Source: Sulfurovum sp. (GTDB taxonomy: Bacteria > Campylobacterota > Campylobacteria > Campylobacterales > Sulfurovaceae). Taken from it: a stretch of DNA of 64,000 bases. The stretch is from NCBI GenBank assembly GCA_027082955.1, contig JALWTA010000010.1, positions 9,712 through 73,711 of the forward strand, given 5' to 3'. Numbering within the stretch: position 1 is the first letter of the stretch; each line of letters begins with the position of its first letter. A model generated the notes under the pieces. That model made no database searches. It had not been told where the DNA came from and worked only from the letters and a program-made list of their open reading frames with translations. This document shows positions 32,523-41,587 of the stretch, one piece after another. The position numbers were made by a program, and so were the translations under genes.

Positions 32523-34211
32523 TTACCGAAAGAGAAAGGATCGTATCATGTTTTTTATACGGGAAGGGATCAGCCGTTTTATCCCTTTTGAAGCCTCTGT
32601 GCCCGATAACGGTTTGGTGGATGAATGGGCGCGAAGTACCAGTATCCAGTCTTCATAGGTAGGAAGCGGTGGGATATCCCATACGCCATTTCCATTGGCA
32701 GTTACCATTCCGATCTGTTCTTGTTGTCCTGTACGGGGATCCCAAAAATATGCTTCATAGGCAACATAGGATTCAAGTGCAAGCAGACGGTAGCGCTGTG
32801 ACCACGGATAGACTGGACCGTAGAAGTAGACAATACGCAATACCTCATCTATACCGGAGATATGCGGTGTTTCACGCTCTGAATGACTGCCTGTCGTATC
32901 GATCCAGTCGGGTCTGGGCTGCATCTGTTCCCATGGCAGTGTTTCAAGAAAGGTTTTGGCAAGTCCAAGCTGCCGAGAGCCCGGCAGATTCATTGCCTCC
33001 TGCCAAGGGGTATTCCCCCAGCATCCGCCATGCGGCGAGGGACCGAAAGGTGTTTTGGGTGTATTGACCTGCCAAATGCCGTTGGCACCATAGGTAAATC
33101 CGGCTGCACCGCCAAGAAGCGTGCTCCAGAAAGCAAACCGCTGCATCTCCGCCCCTGTATCGTGGATGATCCCCTCATAGTTTATTTCACCCATGACAAC
33201 GGGCATGTGGGGGGTTCTTTGTACTGCCTGATGCAACAGCTTGCTACCCCAGAAGATACTTTTATATCCGTTGTGCCCCGCCTGAAGCAGTTCAAAGTCA
33301 AGCAGTTCGGGCTGGGTGATCTGGTCACGTCCCACCTCGGTAGGATGAATAGTGATCAGTCGTTTGAAAGGGTCCCGTTCACGGATGAAATGTACGATCT
33401 CTGTCCAGCCTTTGATCTGTTTTGCTTTGTCCTGTTCAGGTGTTTCGCTGAGGTAGTAGGGCATAGCAGCCTCGCCTGCTGCACACCAGACAACAGGGTA
33501 GGCTCCCCAGCGGGCGATGAGGTACTCCCAGTGCCGGCGCATGTTTTCATTGCCCATTTTAAGCAGGTAGTATCCCCATGCACCGACGATGCAGGGGGTT
33601 AATCCTTCAGAGACAAGGTGGGCAATGCGCATATCTGCTTCATCGAAAAAGGCAGGGTTGATACGGCTAAATCCCTCTTCCCAGACAAACCCGCTTTGGT
33701 TGGCAGCACGTGCATCGAAAGCATCCATATCGGGGTAAAGTCCAGCTACAATGAGGATGACATTGAAGCCTTTCTCTTTTCTGTCCTGTGCCAGCGTATG
33801 AAACTCCTCAGGGTAGCGCAGCCGCTCACTCAGACCCATCCACCAGGTATCCCCAAGCCAGAGAAAAGGATCGCCATTATCATACTGAAGTATGTTTTTA
33901 TCTGAACTGATTGTAAGCACTTTGTGTGTGCCTGTCTCGGAGGGTTCGATATGCAGTGTATGTGTGATGTCATGGAGTGAGGTATTGTCTTTGTCAGAAC
34001 ATTGGCTGCGTACGTTATAGACCCCTGGCGCTGGTGCACTAAACCTGACACTCCACCGCTCTTTGCCTCTCCAGAATGCAGGCACTTTCCATGTCTGTTT
34101 GTCATTACTGATAATGATGTCAAGTCTTACATGGTTGAAGGGATCGGCATAGGATATGTCGGAGAGGTAGTCCCATTCAGCAATTTGTCCGGTATAGGCA
34201 GTGATTGTCAT
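32523..34211 (-). CDS. DUF5060 + DUF4038 (GH140-like TIM-barrel) putative glycoside hydrolase
   Basis: 562 aa. An Ig-like N-domain is followed by PFLWLGDTWW, which is characteristic of DUF4038/GH140 proteins. SD AAGGAG lies before ATG 34211. I see no signal peptide. Confidence 0.6.
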   Translation of the reverse strand: MTITAYTGQIAEWDYLSDISYADPFNHVRLDIIISNDKQTWKVPAFWRGKERWSVRFSAPAPGVYNVRSQCSDKDNTSLHDITHTLHIEPSETGTHKVLTISSDKNILQYDNGDPFLWLGDTWWMGLSERLRYPEEFHTLAQDRKEKGFNVILIVAGLYPDMDAFDARAANQSGFVWEEGFSRINPAFFDEADMRIAHLVSEGLTPCIVGAWGYYLLKMGNENMRRHWEYLIARWGAYPVVWCAAGEAAMPYYLSETPEQDKAKQIKGWTEIVHFIRERDPFKRLITIHPTEVGRDQITQPELLDFELLQAGHNGYKSIFWGSKLLHQAVQRTPHMPVVMGEINYEGIIHDTGAEMQRFAFWSTLLGGAAGFTYGANGIWQVNTPKTPFGPSPHGGCWGNTPWQEAMNLPGSRQLGLAKTFLETLPWEQMQPRPDWIDTTGSHSERETPHISGIDEVLRIVYFYGPVYPWSQRYRLLALESYVAYEAYFWDPRTGQQEQIGMVTANGNGVWDIPPLPTYEDWILVLRAHSSTKPLSGTEASKGIKRLIPSRIKNMIRSFLFR

Positions 34212-34321
34212 GGAGACTCCTTGATTGCAAGCTGGTTTACTGTCAACTGTTCAATGATCGGTTACTACTTATCCCAATCTTCAAAGTATAATAGAAAAGC
34301 ATTTCTTTTATTCCCTTCGGT

Positions 34322-37057
34322 TCATGACAGTTTAGGACGTAAGCTAAAATCTTCTCTGTCATGATTTAGGTTTGGATTATAGTATGGATCACCGTTCTCT
34401 AAAATATGATTATGTCTGGCATAAAGTGCATCTTTTTCTGTCTGGAAACGTGCGATTTTCTCCGGTGTTGTCTCGTATCCTCTCGAGACAGACTCATGGT
34501 GGTACATCTGTGCATAAGGTGTGAAAAGATTATAGTACCCTTCTTCCAGAACACGCAGACAGAAGTCTACATCATTATAGGCAACTTTGAAATTGACCTC
34601 ATCCATGCCTCCTACTTCCTGATAGATGCGTTTTTTGATCATCAAACAGGCAGCGGTTACAGCACTGACATCTTGTATGACATTAAGACGGTTGAAATAA
34701 CCAGGGTTTTCCCGAGGGTAATGTTTGTGCGAATGACCTGCATATCCACCAAGACCGATGATGATCCCTGCATGCTGGATGGTGTCGTCAGGATAGTAGA
34801 GTTTCGCCCCTACACATCCTATCTCTTTTCTTTGAGAATGTTCGAGCATCGCCTCGATCCAATCAGGGCTGATGACCTCTATGTCATTGTTCAAAAGCAG
34901 TACATGCTCACCTTTTGCATAGGTTTCAACAGCATGATTGTTGATCTGTGCATAGTTGAACGGTACATTGTACTCGTAAAATTTCACCCTTTCATCTTTG
35001 CTTTCCAATTTTGTCATGCATGCAAATGTTGACTCCTCTTCTGAATTGTTGCTGATACCGATGATCTCGTAGTTCGCATAGGTCGATTTTTCCAGAATGG
35101 AGTCGATGCACATCTCAAGCAGTTCGGGTTTGTCTTTGAATGGAATGATGATGCTGACAAGGGGATGGTTTTGAATAGTGTAACGCACTCGGAAATAGTG
35201 GTGTATGTTGCCGTACTCAACCTTGCCGTCAATTTCTCTGCGCTTTAGAGTCTCTTCCAGCAGCAGTCTTCCGCGTTCCAGCGCTTCCGGTTTTGCTCCA
35301 CTGTTGAGGCTGGTGGAGTTCTCCAGCATTCTCCAGTGGTACAGTACTTTGGGAATATGACGAATGTTGTCTGCCTTTTCAGTCAGTCTCAAAAAGAGTT
35401 CATAATCCTGTGCGCCGTCATAGGCAGGATTGAAGTGACCTACCTCATCAAGGAGTGTACGTTTGAAGCAGCTAAGATGAGTAATGTAGTTGTGGGAAAG
35501 CAGCAGATCAGGGGAAAAGTCCGGTTTGAAGTGAGGGTTGATATAATCCCCCTCCGGAGAGATAAAGTCTTCATCACTGTAAATGAAGTCGGCTCCTGTT
35601 TCATTGATGCACTTGACCACCTCATAAAGTGCATCCGGCGTAATTTCGTCATCATTGTCCATCAAAACGATGTACTCACCTTCTGCAGACTGAAGTGCCG
35701 CGTTTGAAGCCCCTGAAATATTAAGATTCTCCTGTAAACGGGTGATTTTTATTTTGGGATTGGAGAGAGCATCAAGATAGGCAATGGTTGCTTCGTTTGT
35801 GCTTTTATCATCTGCAATGCAAAGTTCCCAATTGTTATACCATTGTGCTTCTACGGACTTTAGTGCTTTATCAAGCCATTTGGGATCGACATTGTAAACA
35901 GGCATTACCAAAGAGATCAATGGCTGTTTTTTAAATGATTTTATCTCTTCATCTATTTCTGTGGTCTGTTCAGGTATTTCATAACGATATACGTAAGGGG
36001 CAGTACTCTCCTTTTCTGAAGGTTTTTGGGGTGGAGTTGGTATCTTTATTTTATTTTTTGAAAAAGGATTGAGCTTTTGCAACAGTTGTTTCAATCGGTT
36101 TTTTAAGCGCATAGAGTCAAGTATTTGATCTTTGTATGCGATCACTTCTCTGGCATAACTGAGTTCCTCTCCTATATTGTTAAGCTTTTTGTTAATGTCA
36201 CTTAGTTCTCCCATCATCTCTGTCAGTCTTTGATGAAGCTCTTTGATCTCTTCATCTTTGTTCTGTAATTGGGTATGCGCTTTTTTTATCTCTTCAGTTT
36301 TACTATTGATCAATTGCTGTCTATTGTACAACGCTTCAAAAAGTACACGGATGTTGTCCAGATAGAGTTTCTTATGGTTATGGAATATCTGCTGATAGGT
36401 ATCTATTACCGCATTATCATTAGACTGCAATTTTATAGTACGCGATGTTTTTTTGATACGGTAGCTAAAGAGGATTTCAGGAATCTGATAGACCTCTCTT
36501 CCTAACTCAATAAGAGAAAGCCAAAAATCATAATCTTCATTTCCCTGCCGCATATTTTCACGGTATCCACCTACCTCTTCCCAGTCATTTTTTCTGTACA
36601 TCCCCGTTGCAAAGATCATATTGGCGGCGAGTATTTGAGGGAACGCATAAGGTGGAAGCTCCCATTTCCCCTGTTTCTCTCCAAAGAGTTCCGCTTCACA
36701 GTAGACAATACCTATTTTCTCATTGGTATCCAGTATTGTTTTAGCCTTTTCGAGGTAGGTTGGGGCAATCTTGTCATCTGCATCAAGAGGAAGTATATAT
36801 TCCCCTAGTGCGTTTTCAATTCCTTTGTTTCTTGCAACAGAAGGGCCTGAATTTTTTTGAAGGTAGATAATTTTATAACCTTTTGTTTCAAGCTCTTTTA
36901 GCACAGTAAGGCTTTTGGGATCATTTGAAGCATCATCGATAATAATTGTTTCAAAATTTTTAAATGTCTGGTTTTCTAAAGAGGCTATCGTTTCAAGCAG
37001 ATACTCACCATCATTATAAGTAGGGATAACCACACTTAACTTTATTGTGTTTTGCAT
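34322..37057 (-). CDS. Triple-GT2 glycosyltransferase with an internal coiled coil (ABC-pathway O-antigen/glycan polymerising enzyme type)
   Basis: 911 aa. GT2-1 spans residues 6-215 (VVIPTYND, IIDDASND, LDADD). The coiled coil spans about 235-330 and ends in SMRLKNRLK plus a P/K linker. GT2-2 spans 380-580 (LVMPVYNV, IADDKS, MDNDD). GT2-3 spans 633-860 (IIIPFKDK, LLNNDIEV). Confidence 0.75.
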   Translation of the reverse strand: MQNTIKLSVVIPTYNDGEYLLETIASLENQTFKNFETIIIDDASNDPKSLTVLKELETKGYKIIYLQKNSGPSVARNKGIENALGEYILPLDADDKIAPTYLEKAKTILDTNEKIGIVYCEAELFGEKQGKWELPPYAFPQILAANMIFATGMYRKNDWEEVGGYRENMRQGNEDYDFWLSLIELGREVYQIPEILFSYRIKKTSRTIKLQSNDNAVIDTYQQIFHNHKKLYLDNIRVLFEALYNRQQLINSKTEEIKKAHTQLQNKDEEIKELHQRLTEMMGELSDINKKLNNIGEELSYAREVIAYKDQILDSMRLKNRLKQLLQKLNPFSKNKIKIPTPPQKPSEKESTAPYVYRYEIPEQTTEIDEEIKSFKKQPLISLVMPVYNVDPKWLDKALKSVEAQWYNNWELCIADDKSTNEATIAYLDALSNPKIKITRLQENLNISGASNAALQSAEGEYIVLMDNDDEITPDALYEVVKCINETGADFIYSDEDFISPEGDYINPHFKPDFSPDLLLSHNYITHLSCFKRTLLDEVGHFNPAYDGAQDYELFLRLTEKADNIRHIPKVLYHWRMLENSTSLNSGAKPEALERGRLLLEETLKRREIDGKVEYGNIHHYFRVRYTIQNHPLVSIIIPFKDKPELLEMCIDSILEKSTYANYEIIGISNNSEEESTFACMTKLESKDERVKFYEYNVPFNYAQINNHAVETYAKGEHVLLLNNDIEVISPDWIEAMLEHSQRKEIGCVGAKLYYPDDTIQHAGIIIGLGGYAGHSHKHYPRENPGYFNRLNVIQDVSAVTAACLMIKKRIYQEVGGMDEVNFKVAYNDVDFCLRVLEEGYYNLFTPYAQMYHHESVSRGYETTPEKIARFQTEKDALYARHNHILENGDPYYNPNLNHDREDFSLRPKLS

Positions 37058-37060
37058 ACA

Positions 37061-38392
37061 CTAATCCTCTTTCGTAACTTTTTTCAATAGATATTCACCC
37101 TTGCTGTAGAAGACAGAGTGGAATGGTTTAGTAGGACTTTCAAAATTGACATTAATCACTTCGATCCCTTTTATCATATCTAGAAATCTATGCTGGATCA
37201 AAGGAATTGTTGGGTATTCAATTGAAGCGCCAAGTTTGTAGATATTTTGTCGCAGAGGCAGGTTTATTTTGATTGTGATAACCACAATGTCTCCCTTGGA
37301 AACTGCGGGGAAATCAACTCCATCCTGCGTATTGATCCATGCTAAGAGTTGCTCTCCATCCAGACTGAAGAGTGTTGTTGTCGCAACGAATGTCGGCAAG
37401 TCTTCATGGAAAAGTGCAGAGAATTGTATATAATAGTTCTCTTTTGAAATCAATTGATCTGTGCGGTTAAAGGCAAGATCAAATACCCCGAAATCTAAAA
37501 TTTCAGCTCCTTTGTCACCATGACGTACCATCCCTTCTTTATCTCCGATGGACGGTTCCAGCCGCACCATAGTTGGTATATTTTCCTGGTTGAACTCAAT
37601 AATTTCACCATCTGTATGTTTATGGGTATGTCCCATTGCCTTAAGTTGCTCATTGACCGCCTTTTGATCATCATTGATATACCTATCGACAACTTCGCCA
37701 GCATCTGCGACAAGGACACTTTTCCCATTGACGAGATAGACCCCTCTTGTACATAAAGAACGTACTGCATGGATATCGTGGCTGACAAAGAGAATAGTCA
37801 TGCCCTCTTCCATCAATGCACTCATTTTAGAGATGCACTTTGCCTGAAAGAGCATATCTCCGACACTGAGTGCTTCATCCACGATCAAAATATCTGCATC
37901 GACATTGATCGCTACAGAAAAGGCAAGCCGTGCGAACATGCCGCTGCTGTACATTTTTACTGGCTGATAGATAAACTCTCCTATATTGGCGAATTCAACA
38001 ATTGCATCCACTTTTTTAGCCATCTCCTCTTGACTAAATCCCATAAGTGTACCGTTGAGATAGATGTTCTCAATACCTGTCATCTCAGGATTAAAGCCCG
38101 CGCCGAGTTCTAAAAGTGATGCTACTTTGCCATTCACTTCAATAGTTCCTGAGGTAGGTGTTAAAACTCCCGTTATCATCTTAAGAAGTGTTGATTTTCC
38201 TGCACCGTTTTTCCCGATAATCCCTACCGTCTCACCACGTTTTACTTCAAAGCTTACATCATCTATAGCGTGAAAATCGTGATGATAGTTCTTTTTGAAA
38301 GGATGCAGCGCTTCTTTAAGGCGATCCTGTGGCTTGTCATAGAGATGGTAGATTTTTGTTAGATTCTTTACTTTTATCGCTATATCATTCAT
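37061..38392 (-). CDS. wzt: Polysaccharide ABC transporter ATP-binding protein with a C-terminal glycan-binding domain
   Basis: 443 aa. Walker A is GKNGAGKSTL, with SSGMFARLAF and Walker B ILIVDEALSVGD. An additional beta-rich C-terminal domain of about 170 aa has the Wzt_C layout. Confidence 0.85.
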   Translation of the reverse strand: MNDIAIKVKNLTKIYHLYDKPQDRLKEALHPFKKNYHHDFHAIDDVSFEVKRGETVGIIGKNGAGKSTLLKMITGVLTPTSGTIEVNGKVASLLELGAGFNPEMTGIENIYLNGTLMGFSQEEMAKKVDAIVEFANIGEFIYQPVKMYSSGMFARLAFSVAINVDADILIVDEALSVGDMLFQAKCISKMSALMEEGMTILFVSHDIHAVRSLCTRGVYLVNGKSVLVADAGEVVDRYINDDQKAVNEQLKAMGHTHKHTDGEIIEFNQENIPTMVRLEPSIGDKEGMVRHGDKGAEILDFGVFDLAFNRTDQLISKENYYIQFSALFHEDLPTFVATTTLFSLDGEQLLAWINTQDGVDFPAVSKGDIVVITIKINLPLRQNIYKLGASIEYPTIPLIQHRFLDMIKGIEVINVNFESPTKPFHSVFYSKGEYLLKKVTKED

Positions 38393-39183
38393 TAAAGTAC
38401 ATCCGAAAAATGAGGTCGTAGACGTTTAAATGTTTTCATACCTAGTAGGAAGACGATTATTGTAACGGACCAATAATAGAGTGTCATTTCACCTTTTTGC
38501 CAAAACCATTGGTGATAAATCATGCTATCCCTATATCCTTCAATGAGATAAACCATAGGATTGAGTTTGATAATCCAGTGGTATTTTTCCGGTATCATGT
38601 GAATCGACCAAAAGATAGGAGTGAGCCAAAAACCAAATTGTATCAGCATTGCTATGATCTGCCCCATATCTCTAAAAAATACTACTACAGACGAAGTAAT
38701 CCATGAAAGCCCTAGCAGTAAAACAATCATCGCAAACAGATAGTAAAAAACCTGTAACCAGTAGATATTTGGCATATACCCATAATAAAGAAACATACCG
38801 AACATAAAAAGAATAAAAAAAAGATGCACTATCAAAGAGGAAAAAATCGGAATGATTGGAAGTAAACTCACGCGGAATACGATCTTTTTTACAAGATAGC
38901 TATTGGCAATAATCGCATTTGTCGCATTTGTGAGTGCATCGGCAAAGAAAAACCAAGGCAGTATTCCGGTGATCAGCCATAAAATGAAAGGAAAGTTATC
39001 AACAGGTCTCGATTTGAAACCAACTTGAAAAACGAACCAAAAAATCAAAATAGTAGCCAATGGTTGGATAAATGCCCAGAGAATTCCTAAAAAATTTCCT
39101 ACATATTTCTGTTTTATATCATTTTTGATTAATGACCATAAAAGACGCCTATTCTCTGTAATAGAGATGAAATAACTATACAC
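38392..39183 (-). CDS. wzm: Polysaccharide ABC transporter permease (ABC-2 type)
   Basis: 263 aa, 6 TM helices. N-terminus LIKNDIKQKYVGNFLGILWAFIQP is typical of Wzm/KpsM/TagG. Confidence 0.85.
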   Translation of the reverse strand: MYSYFISITENRRLLWSLIKNDIKQKYVGNFLGILWAFIQPLATILIFWFVFQVGFKSRPVDNFPFILWLITGILPWFFFADALTNATNAIIANSYLVKKIVFRVSLLPIIPIFSSLIVHLFFILFMFGMFLYYGYMPNIYWLQVFYYLFAMIVLLLGLSWITSSVVVFFRDMGQIIAMLIQFGFWLTPIFWSIHMIPEKYHWIIKLNPMVYLIEGYRDSMIYHQWFWQKGEMTLYYWSVTIIVFLLGMKTFKRLRPHFSDVL

Positions 39184-39293
39184 TATTAAAGCTCCAGCCC
39201 ATAAATTATATAATTATAGCTTAAATAGATTTATAGACGCTAAGCTCTTCTCTGTTTCTAGCTATACGTTGTTACAATAAAAGTAAAAGGTGT

Positions 39294-40664
39294 ATGCTCA
39301 ATCTTACATTTAAGATACATAGCTATAATCTGAAAAGTGTTTTAAATACTAATAGTAACTATCGAAATTACATAGAATATGACACCAGTTTGCAATACGG
39401 AAATGAAATGATGAACATCCCTCAACAACAGAAAGTTTCTAATCATACCCATATACTTTTTGTTACGCTGATTCTAGCAATTTTGGGGACTCACCTCCTG
39501 GGAGACAATATATACGTATTGGTTATTGCTTCCCTGTTCTTCATTGATTGGGAAAAGATAGTTTCCAAGGAAACTATTTTGGTTGCACTCTTTCTGTTAA
39601 CAGTGTATATCATTTGGTTTCTTGTTGATCATGATGTACTTTTTAAAATGCATATAGCCATAAAAGTTGTCTCCGAACTTTTACTGATATTGTGCTTCTA
39701 TCTCTTGGGCAATAGCATACACTATGATCCTCACGACCAGTCATCACAATCTATTCGGTATATTTTTTATCTTTTATTTGGTTTTTTTATTGCGTACACC
39801 TCTATGATTATATACAGCTATATTGCCATCAAGCAGGATCATCCTTTGACAAGCTACGGTTTGTATGTGAATTTCCCCAATGAATATAAACGGTTACATG
39901 TGAATGGCGGGAGGCTCATCTCTACTATCATTGCTTATTATCTTACAATCAGTTCTTTCCTTTTTTCTTATTTCATCATTTTTTTTGACCGCTTCAAAAA
40001 AAAGAAAATATTTTCAATATGGGAAATGATCATATTTATAACCATAGCACTGTTTTCCCTTTACGTTGCTGTGCTTATGGGCAGAAGAACAACCTTAATG
40101 CTCTTTTTTACGGTTTTCACTTTGCTTCTTTTTGTCCGGTTTCTGTTTGATTCAACGTACAAGGAAAAAGGTATAATCATTCTGCTTCTGGTGCTTCTCT
40201 CTATTGTAACCTATCACTTTTTTGAAGATTTTATACAGAGGCATTTTATGTATATTTATAATAAATTGATGGTAAAGGGTATACATGATGTTAGGTTCTC
40301 TTTTTGGATACCCGGACTGGAAGCAATGTTAGCGTACCCCTTCGGTGGTGGTCACGGAGTATTTGTGGCTCATGGTATCAGGTTGGCACATAATACATGG
40401 ATTGATATCGGCAAAGATTTTGGTGTGATCCCGTTTACCCTTTTTGTAATGATTTGCGTTCTTCATCTCTACTATTTTATCAGGATTCTTTTTTCCCCAT
40501 CTGTAAATATCTTTCTTAAGTATCAATTGTTGATTATTCTATGTGGTATGATACCGATATTGATGATTGAACCTGTATTTACATCTGATAAACTATATAT
40601 TGCCTATCTCTTTTTTGTTTTTGGCTTCATCACACATCTTTACAAGCACAATAAAAATGTTTAA
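39294..40664 (+). CDS. O-antigen ligase family (Wzy_C / WaaL-like) membrane protein
   Basis: 456 aa, polytopic. The periplasmic loop motif RLAHNTWIDIGKDFGVIPF is typical of the ligase family. It is the only plus-strand gene between 17.6 and 64 kb. The start is uncertain, with an alternative ATG at 39408. Confidence 0.6.
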   Translation: MLNLTFKIHSYNLKSVLNTNSNYRNYIEYDTSLQYGNEMMNIPQQQKVSNHTHILFVTLILAILGTHLLGDNIYVLVIASLFFIDWEKIVSKETILVALFLLTVYIIWFLVDHDVLFKMHIAIKVVSELLLILCFYLLGNSIHYDPHDQSSQSIRYIFYLLFGFFIAYTSMIIYSYIAIKQDHPLTSYGLYVNFPNEYKRLHVNGGRLISTIIAYYLTISSFLFSYFIIFFDRFKKKKIFSIWEMIIFITIALFSLYVAVLMGRRTTLMLFFTVFTLLLFVRFLFDSTYKEKGIIILLLVLLSIVTYHFFEDFIQRHFMYIYNKLMVKGIHDVRFSFWIPGLEAMLAYPFGGGHGVFVAHGIRLAHNTWIDIGKDFGVIPFTLFVMICVLHLYYFIRILFSPSVNIFLKYQLLIILCGMIPILMIEPVFTSDKLYIAYLFFVFGFITHLYKHNKNV

Positions 40665-40671
40665 AGATATA

Positions 40672-41529
40672 TCAAACGCTCCTTTTTGTATTTAAGTTAC
40701 CTATGAACTCCAAAAAGAATGCCAAAAATATTGACAGCATCAACCCTGTTATGAACGCAACGATAACAATGAGTTTTTTTCGTGGTTTAACAGGGTGTGT
40801 CGAGGTTTCTATCTCTCCAATAATGTGCGTAGGTTGTACTTTTAGCGGAGTGATAGAAAGTTTTAGGTCATGTTCTTTTTCTCTTAGTGTAGAAATATAG
40901 TTTTTTAGTTTTTGAAGTTCTGTCTGTTTTTGGCCTATCTGAAGGGCGTATATTCCGGCGAGGGCGGCATCTTCACTTTTGAGAGAAACAATGCGCCGGC
41001 TATACTCTTCCAGCTCTTTTTCCATCTTTTCAAGATTTTTTATACTGTCTTTAATGTCCTCCTGTGTCAATGCCATCAATTCTTTTTGGCTATCTACGTA
41101 AGCATCGGTCTTCACTTGATACTGCTTTTCTATTTTTTTAATCACCTGTTGAATATACGCGATACCTTCTTCGTTGGTATTGCTGTGAATCGTAAGAGCA
41201 AGTATGGTCTTGCTGCCTTTTGGAACAGAAATAGCTTTTACCCTGGGAAGCGGTATTTTTTTTCCTTTCACATTTACCTGATATTCGTATGACAATTTCT
41301 GTTTGATAGCATTAACGTCATCTGTTGGTTTTTCATTGATCTGTCCGACCTCTATCATTGTTTTCACTTCATAGACAGGCTTGGCAATAAATAAAGCATA
41401 TATGACGGCAGCTATCGTTATAATACCAGTGATTGCCACAATGGTTTTTTTTCTCTTTTTGAGTATGAGAAAAAGCTCTTTTAGATCTATAGTATCATCT
41501 TCTATACATTGTTGTGTATTGTTTTGCAA
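40672..41529 (-). CDS. Wzz-like polysaccharide co-polymerase (chain-length determinant)
   Basis: 285 aa. It has the N-terminal motif IDLKELFLILKKRKKTI followed by a TM helix, a coiled-coil periplasmic region and a C-terminal TM helix. Confidence 0.65.
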   Translation of the reverse strand: MQNNTQQCIEDDTIDLKELFLILKKRKKTIVAITGIITIAAVIYALFIAKPVYEVKTMIEVGQINEKPTDDVNAIKQKLSYEYQVNVKGKKIPLPRVKAISVPKGSKTILALTIHSNTNEEGIAYIQQVIKKIEKQYQVKTDAYVDSQKELMALTQEDIKDSIKNLEKMEKELEEYSRRIVSLKSEDAALAGIYALQIGQKQTELQKLKNYISTLREKEHDLKLSITPLKVQPTHIIGEIETSTHPVKPRKKLIVIVAFITGLMLSIFLAFFLEFIGNLNTKRSV

Positions 41530-41587
41530 ATGTGATCCTTTCAGTTACAGTAAAGTCTTGTTATTATCTCACAATAGCCCTTAGCCC

